NCBI RefSeq assembly: GCF_000150275.1
Contig: NW_002060947.1
Location: 3,588,980-3,652,979, forward strand
DNA length: 64,000 bases
DNA from: Trichoplax adhaerens
Taxonomy: Eukaryota > Animalia > Placozoa
Reading direction: 5' to 3'
The notes under the pieces were generated by a model. The model saw only the letters and a program-made list of their open reading frames with translations. It was not told the origin of the DNA and ran no database searches. The position numbers were made by a program, and so were the translations under genes. Positions 13,601-27,500 of the stretch are shown in pieces; positions within the stretch are counted from its first letter, which is position 1; each line of letters opens with the position of its first letter.

Positions 13601-16600
13601 TAAATACTTTAATACTGCACCATAGCATTGTTTAATGCAGGACGCAGGCAACCGACCTTGAAACTTTAAATTACACTCTTTAAAGACATGACTATTTTTT
13701 AGGTACCGCCATTAGATCTTTTCGGATAGAACGAATGTGGATACGCACGTAGCACTTTAAGTTAAATTATAACTACAGTACATTAGAGTAATTAAGTTGC
13801 GTAACAGAAATGCAAATACTGTACAATAATGCTATGTAATTGGATATTTTTAAAATGTTGAAAACTGTGTTTATAATAAATGGTTATTATATGTAGAATA
13901 GAATAGAGCAATGAAAGAAACTTCACTTCCGACGATCCATAATGTAGTGATATACTCGTAGTTCTTCGAAAAATCTATGATATGTGGATTTCTCATAAAG
14001 CAAAGTAATCCTTTTAACTCTCTTCCAGGATTCGGTAATATGTCTCAGGCTCAAACAGGATCCACAATCAAATATAATGTAATTTTAAGTTGCGCTTTTA
14101 TCTTATTCTCATAATTTTCTTTGACGAAAATTAAAAATTACATTTTATTCTATGTCAAATTATTGCCTCGATAATTTTGTTATAATTAATTATTACACGT
14201 TGTATGTGGCGCTATTACGATCAGCCTCCATCTGCTACGGATACAGTTACACGAAATGGACGTACTGAAAATGTATCTGCAAGAATCCAATGTATTTCTG
14301 CTATGAATGAATACATCAAAAAAAGCCCAGAGGTAAGTTTGTCTGAAGGCATTTCTCATCATTACATAGAAGGCTTCTGATAAGAGTAGTCATCTGTAAG
14401 TGTAGTACAGGATTACGGTATCCTGAATTGACAACCCTTAACGTCTGGCTGTCCATCTCTTTCAATACTATCATAATGTCCTTCTCTCAGGAATTGAGAT
14501 ACGAAGATTACATGCAAAATCGTAAGGGTCCATCATCAGGATCCTTTACTGGTGGAGGCATCAAAAATTTTGGAAATACAAGCACTAGCACTAGCGGTTT
14601 CGGAGGTAGTTCAGGCTTTGGTCAAGGTAAAGTCTTCATATTAATATTTTGAGTTAATGTTATCAAATATCTCAAAGTAAATTTATATAATTTACATCCT
14701 TGTAGGCACTACTAGTGTTTTTGGCCAGACACCAACTAGTTCGGTCAACACTGGATCCCTTTTCGGGCAATCACAACAAACTGGATTCGGTCAAAATGCC
14801 AAAAATAATTTTTTTAACAACACATCAACGTCTACGTCTAACGCTTTCGGCGGTGTTAGTCAATCACAAGGTTTCGGACAGGTAATATGAGAATAAAATA
14901 TATTATTAATACTAATAATTTAATATTTGAAACCTTTAAATTTTTTTAAAACATGAAGAATTCATCACTCTCTTTTGGTCAGTCAAATCAGCAAAAGCCC
15001 CTATTTGGAAATTTATCGTCTAGCAATCCTGCCAGTTTCGGAGCCAATACTTCTACCTTCGGTCAAAGTCAATCTTTTGGTCAAAGCTTCGGTCAACCGA
15101 ATACAAGCACTAACTTATTTGGAAATAATAATAAACCTAGTAAGTTGAGATGTCTTTAGCATATGAACATTAATTTGAAGATTATAACCTAATTATTTCA
15201 TGTCAAGCTTTTGGGCAAACCAGTACTGCTCCTACCAGCTTCTCTTCTGGCTTTGGATTTCCTTCTAATAATACTACTAATACTACCAGTTCTGCGCCTT
15301 CGACTGGGCTTTTTGGAACAAACACGTTTGGAACATCTAGCACCAGTTAGTTAATGAAGAATGTAATATATTTTATTAAATATTACGATTAATGGCTTAC
15401 TATTGCTCAATGTTTTCTTTTTAGACACAGGATTCAATGCTAGTAATTCGCTTTTCGGAAATAAGGGTGGATTCGGGACAGGTTTTGGAAACACCAGCAA
15501 TTCTGCTTTTTCAAGCACGGCCAATAAAGGCTCTCTGCCTAATTCAAGTCAATCGTTTAACCTTAAACCTGGATCAAATACTTCCTTTGGAACAGGAGGT
15601 ACTAATTTTAACCTTGGCTTTGGTAGTGCGCAGCCACAACTTCAACTCATCGCTGGTAACTCGATGATTGGTCTTAACAAGTATGTTCAACGTTATAATA
15701 AGTGTATTAACCATTGGCATTATTATGATACGCAATGCATCTCACCCTATCAATATCTGAATGACTAACTATTATATAGTCCTCATTCTGCTGGAATCAA
15801 CAATAACGCAATGATGTTGCAAGGTCAAATCAAGGCAATGATAAATTCGCCCTACGGTGATACACCGTTATTTCGCAATGCCGTTAGGGTAAATTAATTA
15901 TTAGCTTACTATAAAGTTAACGTTTGCAGGTGCAGTTACTGAATTAAGTAATAATTAATTTTTTATTGTTAGGATTCCCGCCATGACTATACCAACAGCA
16001 TTGTTTCTACAGAATCTGTTCTTAATAATTCTAGTTATGCATACAGCAAATACAGGGTATAATTTTATTAATCACTCTGTCTTAGATAGACTTAATATAT
16101 CCTCAATTATATAATATTCGTTTATTTCCTCTGAATAATAATGTAATTTATTTTATTATTTCCTTAAAAGGTATCTTCACGATTAGGAGGGAAGATCAGA
16201 CTTAGCCGACCAAAAAAATTTGATCAGGTACATCTGTCACTACTTTGAATGCAGCTCTTAGACATGGACTATATATATATAATACTAATTAATTTCGTAA
16301 ACACACTATGAAATGAAATCTGCTATGGTTGCTACCTGATCAAAGCTATCTGACGATCTCAACGATGAATTACCGTCTGAGGTTACTTTAAAAGCTAAGA
16401 AAAATTGGAAAAAATTAACTCTTGTTGACACTCCCGATAAGAAGGTAAGGTCATTCATTCATTTGAGAAAAAACTAGTTCCCTATTGTATACTTTTTAAT
16501 ACGTTATCCACCCTAGGATAACAAGAACAATTCAGAAACTAAAAGTACCACTGCAGTAAATTACTTGGAGTGGGAAAAGGGTTATAGTTATGCACGATTT

Positions 16601-19600
16601 GGATCAGATTCGCATGATAACCGTTCAGAAACTTCCATTCCGTCTCAACCTCCAGAAAGTAGCCCGAAAATTTTAGTCAACAACTGCAACACTGGTGACG
16701 ACGTTAATGACGTATTTCCTTCTGAGGCAGATAACACTAGGTAAATGTTAGAAACAACCAACCTTCTACGTTTTTTAATATTCTATGCACGATAATAAAT
16801 GGATTGTACTACCTAAATGGCTTGATATATTCTTAGTGCATCTTTAGTATTACCACAATCAAAGTTGGATGAAAACAGTATCATTACTAAACCAATGCCT
16901 GTTAGACCAAAGGACCCGTAAGTATTGAAATTATATGATTATTAATTTGTCTAGTTTTTGATGCGTGTATAAGCTTAAAGGTTTTTTTCATTACATTTTT
17001 TTTAATTTGTTCGATTGTAATTCTTAATAGTCAAGTTTTCGCGTCTACTCCGGCTGTTGAACAATTCCTAAATAAGGGACCTGATCAGGATCTATCCAAT
17101 TTTACTCCTGAAGGGAATGATGCTACTCCTAAAACGTAACTATATTTTATTAGTTGTTACCCTGCCACGATTAACCACCTTGTAGATGTATGTAAGATGT
17201 GTTCATCTATTGCAATTTAACACTAATTGACTAATTTTAATCTATAAGCAATGGTTCTAGGCATATTTCGGAAGCTACCTTGGTTCATTTATCTAAAGAA
17301 GGATATTACACAGTACCTCATATAGATGAGATTAATGAAATTGCAAGGACTAAGGAACGAGTTATATTGCCTACCTTCACCGTAGGACGCGAAGGTTTTG
17401 GAAGTGTATACTACGATACTCCAACAGATGTTACTGGTTTGGATCTGGATGATATCGGTATTTCTAGAATCGATTTAGGTTATGTACAATAGAAGTATTG
17501 ATGGAGAAACTTATTATCTAATAAACTATCGTTACCCCGTAGTTGAATTCCGCTTTCAAGAAGTTTCTATCTATCCGGATGAAAGTTTAAAACCTCCAAA
17601 CGGCACTCGCCTTAATAAGCCAGCAATTGTAACACTGCTAGCGGTTTGGCCAGGAGATAAGAAAAATCGTGATCCTATAATAGATCCGAAAAGGCTACAA
17701 TTAATGGGATACGCTAAGAGGTTACGTAGGATAACATCAAGAATGGGAGCAACATTTATCGATTACAAGCCTGATAATGGAGCTTGGCAGTTCCGGGTAT
17801 GAAATTCACTGGCAATAACAAATAATTATTGAGAATTAGACCTAATTCTCTTTTAACTAATTATGTCTACTTTGTAATAGGTTGAACATTTTTCGAAGTA
17901 TGGTCTCAAAACGGACGAAGATGAAGATTCTTCTCCTTCACAAAACTCAAATACGCAGAAGACACAGCATCTAAAAACAGTACTTTCATATTACAATCTA
18001 ATTATAAAATACTTAAATACCGTTATTTTTAAAACATGATTTCTATAATGTAGTTTTACATGTACCTTGAACGTTGTTACTGTAGAACAACTCATACTGG
18101 TTTTGATATGATGTTTTAAATAATTGGCTGATTTGGATGAACTTGCTTGATAAAAGCAGTTATCGTACTACTACATAACAAACTAGATGTAATACCCGTG
18201 ATTGTAATGACTATTGTGCATAGCTAATAAATAAATTAATCTTCTTCCGTTTTAGCAAAAACTCTTGGAAGCGGAGCATCGGAAGTTATGGTCCACAGCT
18301 GACACCGATGAAGACAGCCCTATGGAAATTAACGATGATGAAGCTATGTCAGATAGTGAAGAATTGAATTCTAATAATGATCTCGATAGCATTGACAGCC
18401 AAAGTACACGAAATCAGGTAAATGAGAGTAAATGAGATTTTAAGTACATTTTTCATTTAATTAATGATGCATCCATAACTCTCAAGTGCAGTGTCTTTTT
18501 CTCACGATTAACGCTTTTCTTTCTGTTCCTTTTAAATAATATATAATCAATAGGACGAAGACGCTGTTTACTCAAATTTAACGCTAGATACCAGACGTAT
18601 ACAAGTAATGAAAGCTTCTTTTTTCCGCGAAAACGTAGAGGAGAATAAAGATGATTATAAAGGACAACCGGTTTCTGGCAAGCGTATCAAATCTTCAGCT
18701 ACCGATAACGTTGACTTACTTCGTATTAAGCGCTTTCATAAAGGTGATTTCCTTCGCATTTTACCTAGACATTTATAAACATACGTAGCTTTTGCAGGTA
18801 TTGATATTTGCGAAGCATTTTGCAAAATTAGTAACAGTATTGTACTTTTTGTTAGCAGTCTCTTCAAAATCCACTACTATGCCAATTAGTGGATCAAATG
18901 AATTAGTGCTGACGCCTAGAAAATCTATGATTAGAGTTGGTAACAATGCAACCAATCTTCTTGGTGTATCGTCTGTAGAAAAATCTGCAACCTTAGGTAT
19001 CGACGATTACAATGTATATAGAAATTATCATCAACACTGTTTCTACAAAGTAATTCTTTGATTCTCATTGATGCTGTTTTTGTACCCTCTATTACTAAAG
19101 ATGAAGGCAATAACCGAACCAATATTGCCTCAACAGTGCTTTCTCGGTCAAGAATTGAAGCTGCTCAAGAATTTGATCAAGATAACGCCGAGAAACGATT
19201 ATTATTGCTTCCAGTTAATCAACCAAAGTTAATTTCACATAATGAATCAGTTGCTCACGGAAAGGGCCATTGCGTTATTGATGCTGCTTTATTCCACGGA
19301 CGTTCTTTTCGTGTTGGATGGGGTCCGAATTGGATGTTTGCATCCATTAATTACTGTTCACAATCTGGCAAAGACAGCAGTGAAGTCCGTGAGAGCCAGC
19401 GTATGTCGGTCGGAGCAAAAGTCCCAAACTTTAGTGAAAATTCTTCGTTTTCCGTAAATATTAAGAAATTTGAAGACGAAAAACCAAAAGTATGACCAAA
19501 GTTTCCATGGAGTATAGTTTTGGAAAATATCTATGTTTTTAACTATGTACATAGTTACATACTATATATCCTAACATTTTGTGATTTCGTATCGATTTGT

Positions 19601-22389
19601 TAATAGGTTGCCGTTGATCGCTTAGATATTGAATTTAATCATAGTATTTGCAATTTGGAACATGGCTGTCTTCCGTTGTTTTCGCCATCCCGAGGTAAAG
19701 ATGTGGCGCATGAATATGCCCGTCAATCTGCCACGGTTGTTGCACAAGGTATCTGATCAAAAGAGGATTAGCTCCTTTTTGTTATATATGAATATGTGAA
19801 CGCAGATTCCTTATCTTATCTATAGGTGCAGAAGATAAGCAGTTACAACACGCGTCTCAAGTATGGGACTTAGTAGTTGCCTTATGGGGATTCCCCTCGA
19901 AAGCCACCCCTGATGGGAATGAATCCAGCAGTGATGAAAGTGATACTGAGATGGGTAAGAAAGTATTTTTGCCCGCTGTTTTGCATAAGTTTTAATATTT
20001 ATTCGATTTTACTTAACAGAAGCAAAGAATTTGAATTCGTACGAAGAACAAAATGAAAGAAGACATGCTCTTTCCAATTGGTTTAGGCGTTCAGTTATTA
20101 ATTCAAATAGTACCAAAGCTACTGCTAATGTATGATATGCCTTCATTATTAAATTGAAAATTAGTGTTAGTGCTAATTATTATTTCACTATTTCATTATA
20201 TTTAGTCACCTAATACCAGTATGATCTTCGATCACTTAACTACAAAATCCATCAATGAAGCATGTAATATCTGTCATGAAATTGGAGATTATCGTCTTGC
20301 TTTACTGATTTCGCAATTGTCTGGTTCAAGAAACGTTACTGCACTTGTGTCTCGACAGTTAGACGACTGGTATAAAAATAAGGTAAATACTGTTCTACTC
20401 TTGGAATTAGTTTAGATTTAAGAGATTTACAAATTGCTGCATAGTTGATTTATTTATTGTCTTTCCTGCAGGCCGATCAATTTATCGACCATAATAGATT
20501 AAAGATCTACGCCTTACTTGCTGGTAAAAAGCTATGGGAGACGTCGAATAAAATAAGAATATGTCCGTGTGAGGATCTAAATTGGAAGAAGGCTATGGCT
20601 CTACATATGTGGTATAATTATTTTCATTCGATTCAAATTATAAGGTTGTGCTTGTTTTCTGAGCCGATTTCTTTTTATTACGTAGGTACATACTTCCAAC
20701 CACCAAATCTATTAGAGACGTTATCTCAAATTATAAAGCCGCTTATCAAGTAAGTTGTTTGCATTTTTTAAAATAAGCGTCAAAAATCTTATGATATCCA
20801 TATCGGCTTCTAGGGAGGGAATGGCTATGAAAAATACGCGAATCCTCCATTACCATTTTACATGCAAGAAAAGTTAAAGACAGATGACAATCACAAATCC
20901 ATTGAGGACCTGTGCTATCATCTATTATGTTTGTATTGTGACAGGTCTCATAAACTTCAGCAAATGCTTGCCAGCAATACATTTACTCCTTTCCAGTTAG
21001 ATTGCAGCCTTAGGTAAGTTTTTATGCTGTTGATAAATTTTAATTGGGTTTACTCTTAGATCAATCTAACATCTATTCCAGTTGGCACTTATATCAGTGT
21101 TTGGTATCGTTGGAATATCATCATCTATCAGCTAAATTTGTGGCCAATCTGCATACGAATTATGCAGCGCAGCTAGAATCGTGTGGAAACTGGCATTGGG
21201 CAGTATTTGTAATGTTATTTCTAAAAGATGATCAAAGGTCTGTATCTAATACTTTCTTAAACTTTTCAACGACCTGAAACGTAAAATAATAATTTTAACG
21301 CCCTGGCAGACGAGAAAGAGCTGTCCGCGACCTACTGAACAGGCATTGTAAATTAACCACCGTCGATGTTGCAAAAGAGAAATTTATCGAAGACAAGTTG
21401 TTAATACCGCCAGCTTGGATCCATGAAGCGAAAGCACTTCGTGCTAAGTATAATGGACTTCTAAAGGAAGAGGCTTTTCATTTGCTAAAGGCGAAGCAGT
21501 GGCAAGCAGCCCATAATGTCATTATAAATGACTTAGCTGCAGATTGTATTCTGGAAGGTAATGTACAAGTTTGTTAGCTGATCTGCTGTTATAGACTCAG
21601 CTGTACAAAGGATGATTAAATTTAGGTGACACAAAGTATCTACGTAAAATCTTGGAAGAAATCCAAGCAGAGGGTGCTGACGGTTATATTGAAAACTGGA
21701 TTAATGGAGGACAAGTAATTGCAAATTTTTATCACACCTAGTCTTTAATAGGTTATCAGCCGCGATAGTCTGTAACCTTGAACTTTAATCTTCGTTAGTT
21801 ATATTTAGATTATATTTTACTAAAAGAAACTGTTAATACACTCAATCTTCAGGTTAGTACAGTAGTAAGCAGGTGAAGTTGGACTTTTGAAATTAGTATT
21901 CGTATACAACTACCTAACTGTAAACTTAGAGCATAAGTTCGATCTATATTTATATGCAGAAAAATGTACAGCAGCTGTTACGAGATTGTTCGGAGATACA
22001 ATTGAAATTAAATTCGCTTAAACCCGAAAATAACAAACGAAAGTAAGTACTATATTTCCTCATTCAAATTGACTTGGCATTCTATTAAGCCTAATTTTAC
22101 GCTATATTTCTATACTCTATTTTTGAAGAGCATGCAAATTTTTTATGTCCAGTCACGTTCTAAATATTATCAATAAATACTCCATACGCCAGGTGAGGCA
22201 TCTTTAGCTCGTAGCAATCATTTTATTGTTTAATTTATCTAACCTATTTCTTTAAATTCATTAAAGCTACGTATTAATGAATTAAAGGCAGAAGTTACAG
22301 CACCTCCATTAGTCAAGGAAGGTAATTTCTGTTGCGACTCTGACATAGCTTATTTCAGAAATATCATGAAATCTGTTGTAAGCAACTAG
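10694..22389 (+). CDS. NUP98: Nuclear pore Nup98-Nup96 precursor, multi-exon
   Basis: MFGSTNASTPFGG start; FG/GLFG repeats; GLEBS motif (IQCISAMNEYIKKSPE-ELRYEDYMQNRKGP); autoprotease domain ending WQFR-VEHFSKYGL (HF/S cleavage site, exon starting 17881); Nup96 motifs GRSFRVGWGP and AAQLESCGNWHWAVFV. The last exon and stop (TAG 22387-22389) are less certain. Confidence 0.95.
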
Positions 22390-22579
22390 AGAATTTAAAA
22401 ATTCTTAGCTGACGCCATTTATACAAATAAAACTTCTTTCTTGAGTGAATGGCGCAAGCTATGTGGACAATATTGTAAATCAAATATAAAAAATAAATTG
22501 TGCAATCTAGTCATCACCTATAGTAAGATTGTCTTTTCTACGATGTACAGATCTTGCAGTGCAATCAATTTCAAATTTA

Positions 22580-22770
22580 TTTATAGACCAGTCCTGTAAA
22601 ATATTTTCGTTTTATCACTATGAAATTCATCTTCCAGGATTCTTTAAAAGAGTTTAAAAATAATATCGACATAAGTATTTAGGATTTTCAGCAATTTTTT
22701 GATCAAATTGTCTACATTGGCTGTATTATTATAAATCTCGTGATTAACATTCTTAAGAACAATTTGCTTT
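22580..22770 (-). pseudogene. Possible decayed exon with CARD-like helical pattern
   Basis: After an AAG acceptor the frame reads QIVLKNVNHEIYNNTANVDNLIKKLLKILNTYVDIIFKLF*RILEDEFHSDK with one internal stop. Resemblance to CARD helices is by eye only. Confidence 0.2.
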
Positions 22771-23064
22771 GCTTAATTTCATTTTATGATAATTAACTAC
22801 TACATTAATCATGTCGAAATCATTTATGCATAGGTATACATGATTTTATATATTAATAATAAATTCTCTTGATACAATGATGTTCATTCGGTTTGTTCGA
22901 TTACATTCTGTACCTCAGTTCACACTAGCTCAGATGGTAATGTTGGCTAATAACCTAGTGTAAAACATTGATACCAAAACTAACTCAAAAAGCATCAAAC
23001 GTTACATACAAACGCAGAAATCTCTCAGTCAAAGATGCTCCATATTATACATTGTAAATGGTGT

Positions 23065-23095
23065 CCGGAAAATCCCCTATTGAGGGATTTTCCGG
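23065..23095. repeat. Perfect 12-bp inverted repeat (hairpin)
   Basis: CCGGAAAATCCC-ctattga-GGGATTTTCCGG, followed by a small GGCA-ga-TGCC stem at 23101-23110. Confidence 0.85.
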
Positions 23096-23317
23096 TATCA
23101 GGCAGATGCCCAAACTCTATAGTACGTGTACGTATAACTAGCCTGTACAGTAAACACAGGAGTAAAAGTTTCCTTACTTTGTGTCTACGTCCTGTATAGT
23201 AGTATTATGTAAAACTTTCTAGAAACTTACACCCTGTGCTGAAGGTTAGCTGAAGGTCCTAACTGCTGTAAATACAGTAAAAATCATCACTTTACATGGT
23301 TTTTAAGGCACCGTAAT

Positions 23318-23400
23318 GTACAGTACAGTACTGTAGACTCCTTATGATTGACCCGCAATAGCACAGTACTGTACAGTGTACTGTGCGGTACAGTCTGTAC
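23318..23400. repeat. TACAG/CTGTA repeat array upstream of tRNA-Leu
   Basis: gtacagtacagtactgtag and cacagtactgtacagtgtactgtg; further units just downstream of the tRNA (about 23620-23660). Confidence 0.75.
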
Positions 23401-23513
23401 CGGCACCATTGCAATAATTAATTAATATTCCCTTAATACTAATTAATACAAGCTAACCATTTAAAAATAGTCTATTCATTCAAGTAGTAATTTAGAGCTT
23501 GTTACGATGATAT

Positions 23514-23596
23514 GTCAGGATGGCCGAGCGGTCTAAGGCGCTGCGTTCAGGTCGCAGTCTACTCTGTAGGCGTGGGTTCGAATCCCACTTCTGACA
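23514..23596 (+). tRNA. tRNA-Leu (anticodon CAG), intronless
   Basis: GTCAGGA/TTCTGAC acceptor stem, A box TGGCCGAGCGG, anticodon arm CTGCG-TTCAGGT-CGCAG, long variable arm, T arm GTGGG-TTCGAAT-CCCAC. Confidence 0.97.
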
Positions 23597-23603
23597 TTCA
23601 TTA

Positions 23604-23611
23604 TTTTTTTT
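23604..23611 (+). terminator. RNA polymerase III oligo(dT) terminator of tRNA-Leu
   Basis: T8 run starting 8 nt after the tRNA discriminator base. Confidence 0.85.
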
Positions 23612-24551
23612 ACGGGTATCGTACCGTACAGTACTACTTAGCCCTGCTGCACTGTAACCTCAAGCTTAATTAACCCTAACTTGACCACCAATACTCAATA
23701 TTACTTTCGATACTTACAGTTGCAGATATCTACGCCATAGAGGTTAGAAAAAAATCTAGAGCGCTAACTTACCCTACTCATTATATATACAGTATATATA
23801 ATTTTCAAATTGGACAAAAAATTATAATAACTAATCAGTAACTCTAAAAAAATTATCTCAATTTCAGTGGATAGTGGTGACCCTGTAGCCACTTAAATAA
23901 TAATTGTAACTAATCGTAAACGCTATTTTATGGATTTTTTTACAGTATACGTACCTTAAGAATCGTGATATAATATAATTTATTAAAAACTCGAACAGAA
24001 CTCTACTCCGATATTTACTGTATATCATGGAAAACTCTCACGTGTATCAGTATTTAGTGTCCAGATAGATACTATATTTTATACTTACAATCTATAAATC
24101 ACAAGCCGTTGTATCAAAATGTGCAGTACACGCATCACATGAGATAGAATTTATAAATTTATCAGCATTTATTAAACTTATTAATGCCATTTTATTTCCG
24201 TTATACAGACGTAGTACCTATCATTATTGAACAAAACACTGGTAAGCTAAGTGGGTCAAGCAAGCTAATCCAAAAATGGGTGTAATTCAAACTTAACTAA
24301 TGCATCATAAATTAACTATTTAGCCCTTGTTCCTTCCTTTCCTGACAACAAATAGATATCTTACTAAACAATCGTTTACGAAATAGTGTTTGACATACAC
24401 CTTTGCAACTGTATAACATCAATACCTTGAGCAATGATCAAAATTTTACGTATCAACAAAGTACTAAGATAGGTATAACGTAATAATTCGTTTTATGAAT
24501 ATCTTTTATGAGTATTTCGGTGAGATAGCTCTGCAACTACGTCAATCCCTT

Positions 24552-27500
24552 CTAATTTTGCTTTCCATATTTGCTTGCAAGTTTGTTTATAATGTTCATT
24601 ACCTTCGAATTATTTTGATATTTAGAAACATTTTGTGGATTCATGCTCACATCCTGGAACGCGGCCATAATCTCTGGATCCTGATAGTAAAATATACGAG
24701 TATTGATTACTTTATTTGCATGTAATCGAGTATAAGTATGAATACTGTCTGAATATTTTAAGAGCTAAGTTAGAAATAATACGTTTCGAGAAGTATAATG
24801 ATTTACCTGAAATGCAGCGATAATCTCGGGATCATTCAACATGGCATTAATATCAGGCATCTGACCTAATTTTTTTATGAATATTCAGTTCATTAGCTAA
24901 ATTGCAAGGTATATAAATCCCATACAAATCAGTAAGGCTTAAATCAGCTGTAGTAGCGAAGACTTGCACCCGCAAACGATTACAACACAACCAACAGTAG
25001 ATTATTTTGTAAACATATTGATGTTATACTATCGGACTGCAACAGTTATAAAATTCAAGATGTCATACCGGCACCAGCACCTGGCATTCCACCAGCCCCT
25101 GGAAATCCTCCAGCACCTAATAAATTTCGAATAAAACCTTAAATTTATGTAGCTACTTAATGACTACATCGTCAAATACTGCAACAGTAATAAAATCCAA
25201 GGCGTCGTACCGGCACCTGCACCTGGGAATCCACCAGCACCTAATAAATTTTAAAGAAATTCTAAAGTTTATGCAGCCACTTAATGAATAAATCATGAAA
25301 TACTATAACAGTAACAAAATCCAAGCATCGTACTGGCACCTGCACCTGGGAATCCACCAGCCCCTGGAAATCCTCCTGCACCTAATAATTGCGAATAAAG
25401 TCCTAAATTTATGTGGCTACTCGACGGTTAAATAATGAAATATTAAGCCGAGCCTGCACCTGCTGCACCAGGGAATCCACCTACCAAAATTACAGTAAAA
25501 TAATTACTATTGGAATATCCATGATGTAGATTAATATAATTTTCAGCCTTACATACCTGCTCCAGGAAATCCACCTGCACGCGAAAAGTCCGCATTAATC
25601 ATTAAATGAGAATTAATAATAATCAAATTAGAAAATTATAACAATTCTACTTTACATACCAGCTCCGGGAAATCCACCAGCTCCTTAGAATTTAGAATTA
25701 ATCATTAATATAGATATCTAAATAAGAGCCAAATCATCGACACCGGAGGACTAGGTGCCAAGCAAGAATAAGCAATATCTGTATCAAACTTTAATTACCT
25801 GCTCCAGGAAATCCGCCTGGAGTCCCTGATTCTTCTTCCTTTCTTGCTCTTTCTTCCTCTTCTTTCCTAGCCTTTTCTTTAGCCTCTTGAGCCAGTCGTC
25901 TACACGATAACGACACACCAAGCGATAAATTAAAGCATATTAGACTCTCGCATAGTTGCTCAGAGACCGAAATCGTTACATAACACGACATTTAATCACA
26001 TACACTCTTTCCCTTCGTTCTTTTATTTCCTTTTCCGCCTTTCGACGTTCTATTTTACGTTGGTGCTCTTGAATGCGCTGAGCCTAGTCAATGTAAAATA
26101 TTTATTTTATTCTAGTGCAACCAAATTATTTACATGTATGCATTGTTATAGTGAATCTGTTACCACAAGTTATCAATTTACCCTTGGTTGAACATAGTTT
26201 AAGACTTCTTGAGCATCTTCACTGAAATCTATCTTGACAGAAAGTCTTAAATCTGAAGCCGATTTGTCCCATTTACCTAACATTCTGCGATGTTATGAAT
26301 TATATCATATCACTTACTAGCTTTATCGCATAATTCGTGGTTGTGAAGAAACTACAATCATTTATGTTAATAAACTACTATTTGCATAACTTACACGTAT
26401 ACGAAGAGCAGTTTACCTGTAAGCGATACCTCTCCACTTGTATGCCTGGGCTGAGTCAGGATTCAATTGAATTGCTTTGTCACAATCACGAATAGCTGCG
26501 TTTGGCTTTTTCGCTTTTATATATCCTCTAAGATTGAGAGGATAAAGCTATTTGTTACCATGTTATTTCATTACTTTGCCCAGCAACACAATTTGACATA
26601 TAATTCTTACCCTGCACGCTTTGCAAATAAAGGCGCTGATTGTGGATTTAGCATTATAGCTTCTGCATAAAGTTTAATGCCTTCGTCGATATTTCCTAAT
26701 TGTGAGATTTAAGAGTATAAATGATCAATTAACTGAGCATGTTATGTTAAATATCTTAACTCTAGTTAATCTACTAGCACAACATTATAGTACTAAAGAT
26801 TGTGTAAGTCAGGAGATACCGTCAGCTAATGCAATATTTGCATTCTGTCTCTTCTCTGACGCTTCTTCTAGCATTTCCTCTGTGACCTATAATAAAATTA
26901 GCGAAGAGTATATGCCCATATACTTGTTAAGCAAACGCTAAAATTAGCCAAGCATACATCTGCATAACCTAGTATGCCTGCACAGTGCACTATACTGCGT
27001 ATTATAAAGTACTTCAGAATTGTCCGTTAACCTCTTTAGAACCATCTCCCATAGGTTGAGGAGCATCATCGTCACCTTCAATGACACCTTCCGCTTCAAT
27101 ATCTAAGTCACTTTCTTCACTCTCTTCTGCCGGGGCCTCCGGAGGATTCTCTGGCGGACTATTTTCTTGGCTTGACTGCGTTAACAGAATCGACAATGAT
27201 CACGGTTAATCCATAAAACAATGTCTTCCATTAAATTATCATAATAATGGTACAGCAAGTTTTTTAATCATAGAAATTACTCTCGACGCGCGTAATGCTT
27301 CAACTATTACAACTCATATTAGGCAAAAAATTTGGCATCAATCGTTTTAAAGACCATAATTGCACAAACAGTGGCAATTTCGAAACTACTGTTTATGGAA
27401 GGTAGTATTCATTCGCGACTACTTTTCTTTCAAACTTTCTGGGCATAAAATAATGTAATTTGCTGATCCAACCTGGCTTTCCGATTCATCATTTATGCTT

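Noticed and set aside
24210-24241. AG/GT-bounded mini-exon reading VVPIIIEQNT, reminiscent of the ClpP N-terminus
   Set aside because: No further ClpP exons nearby; too short to distinguish from chance.
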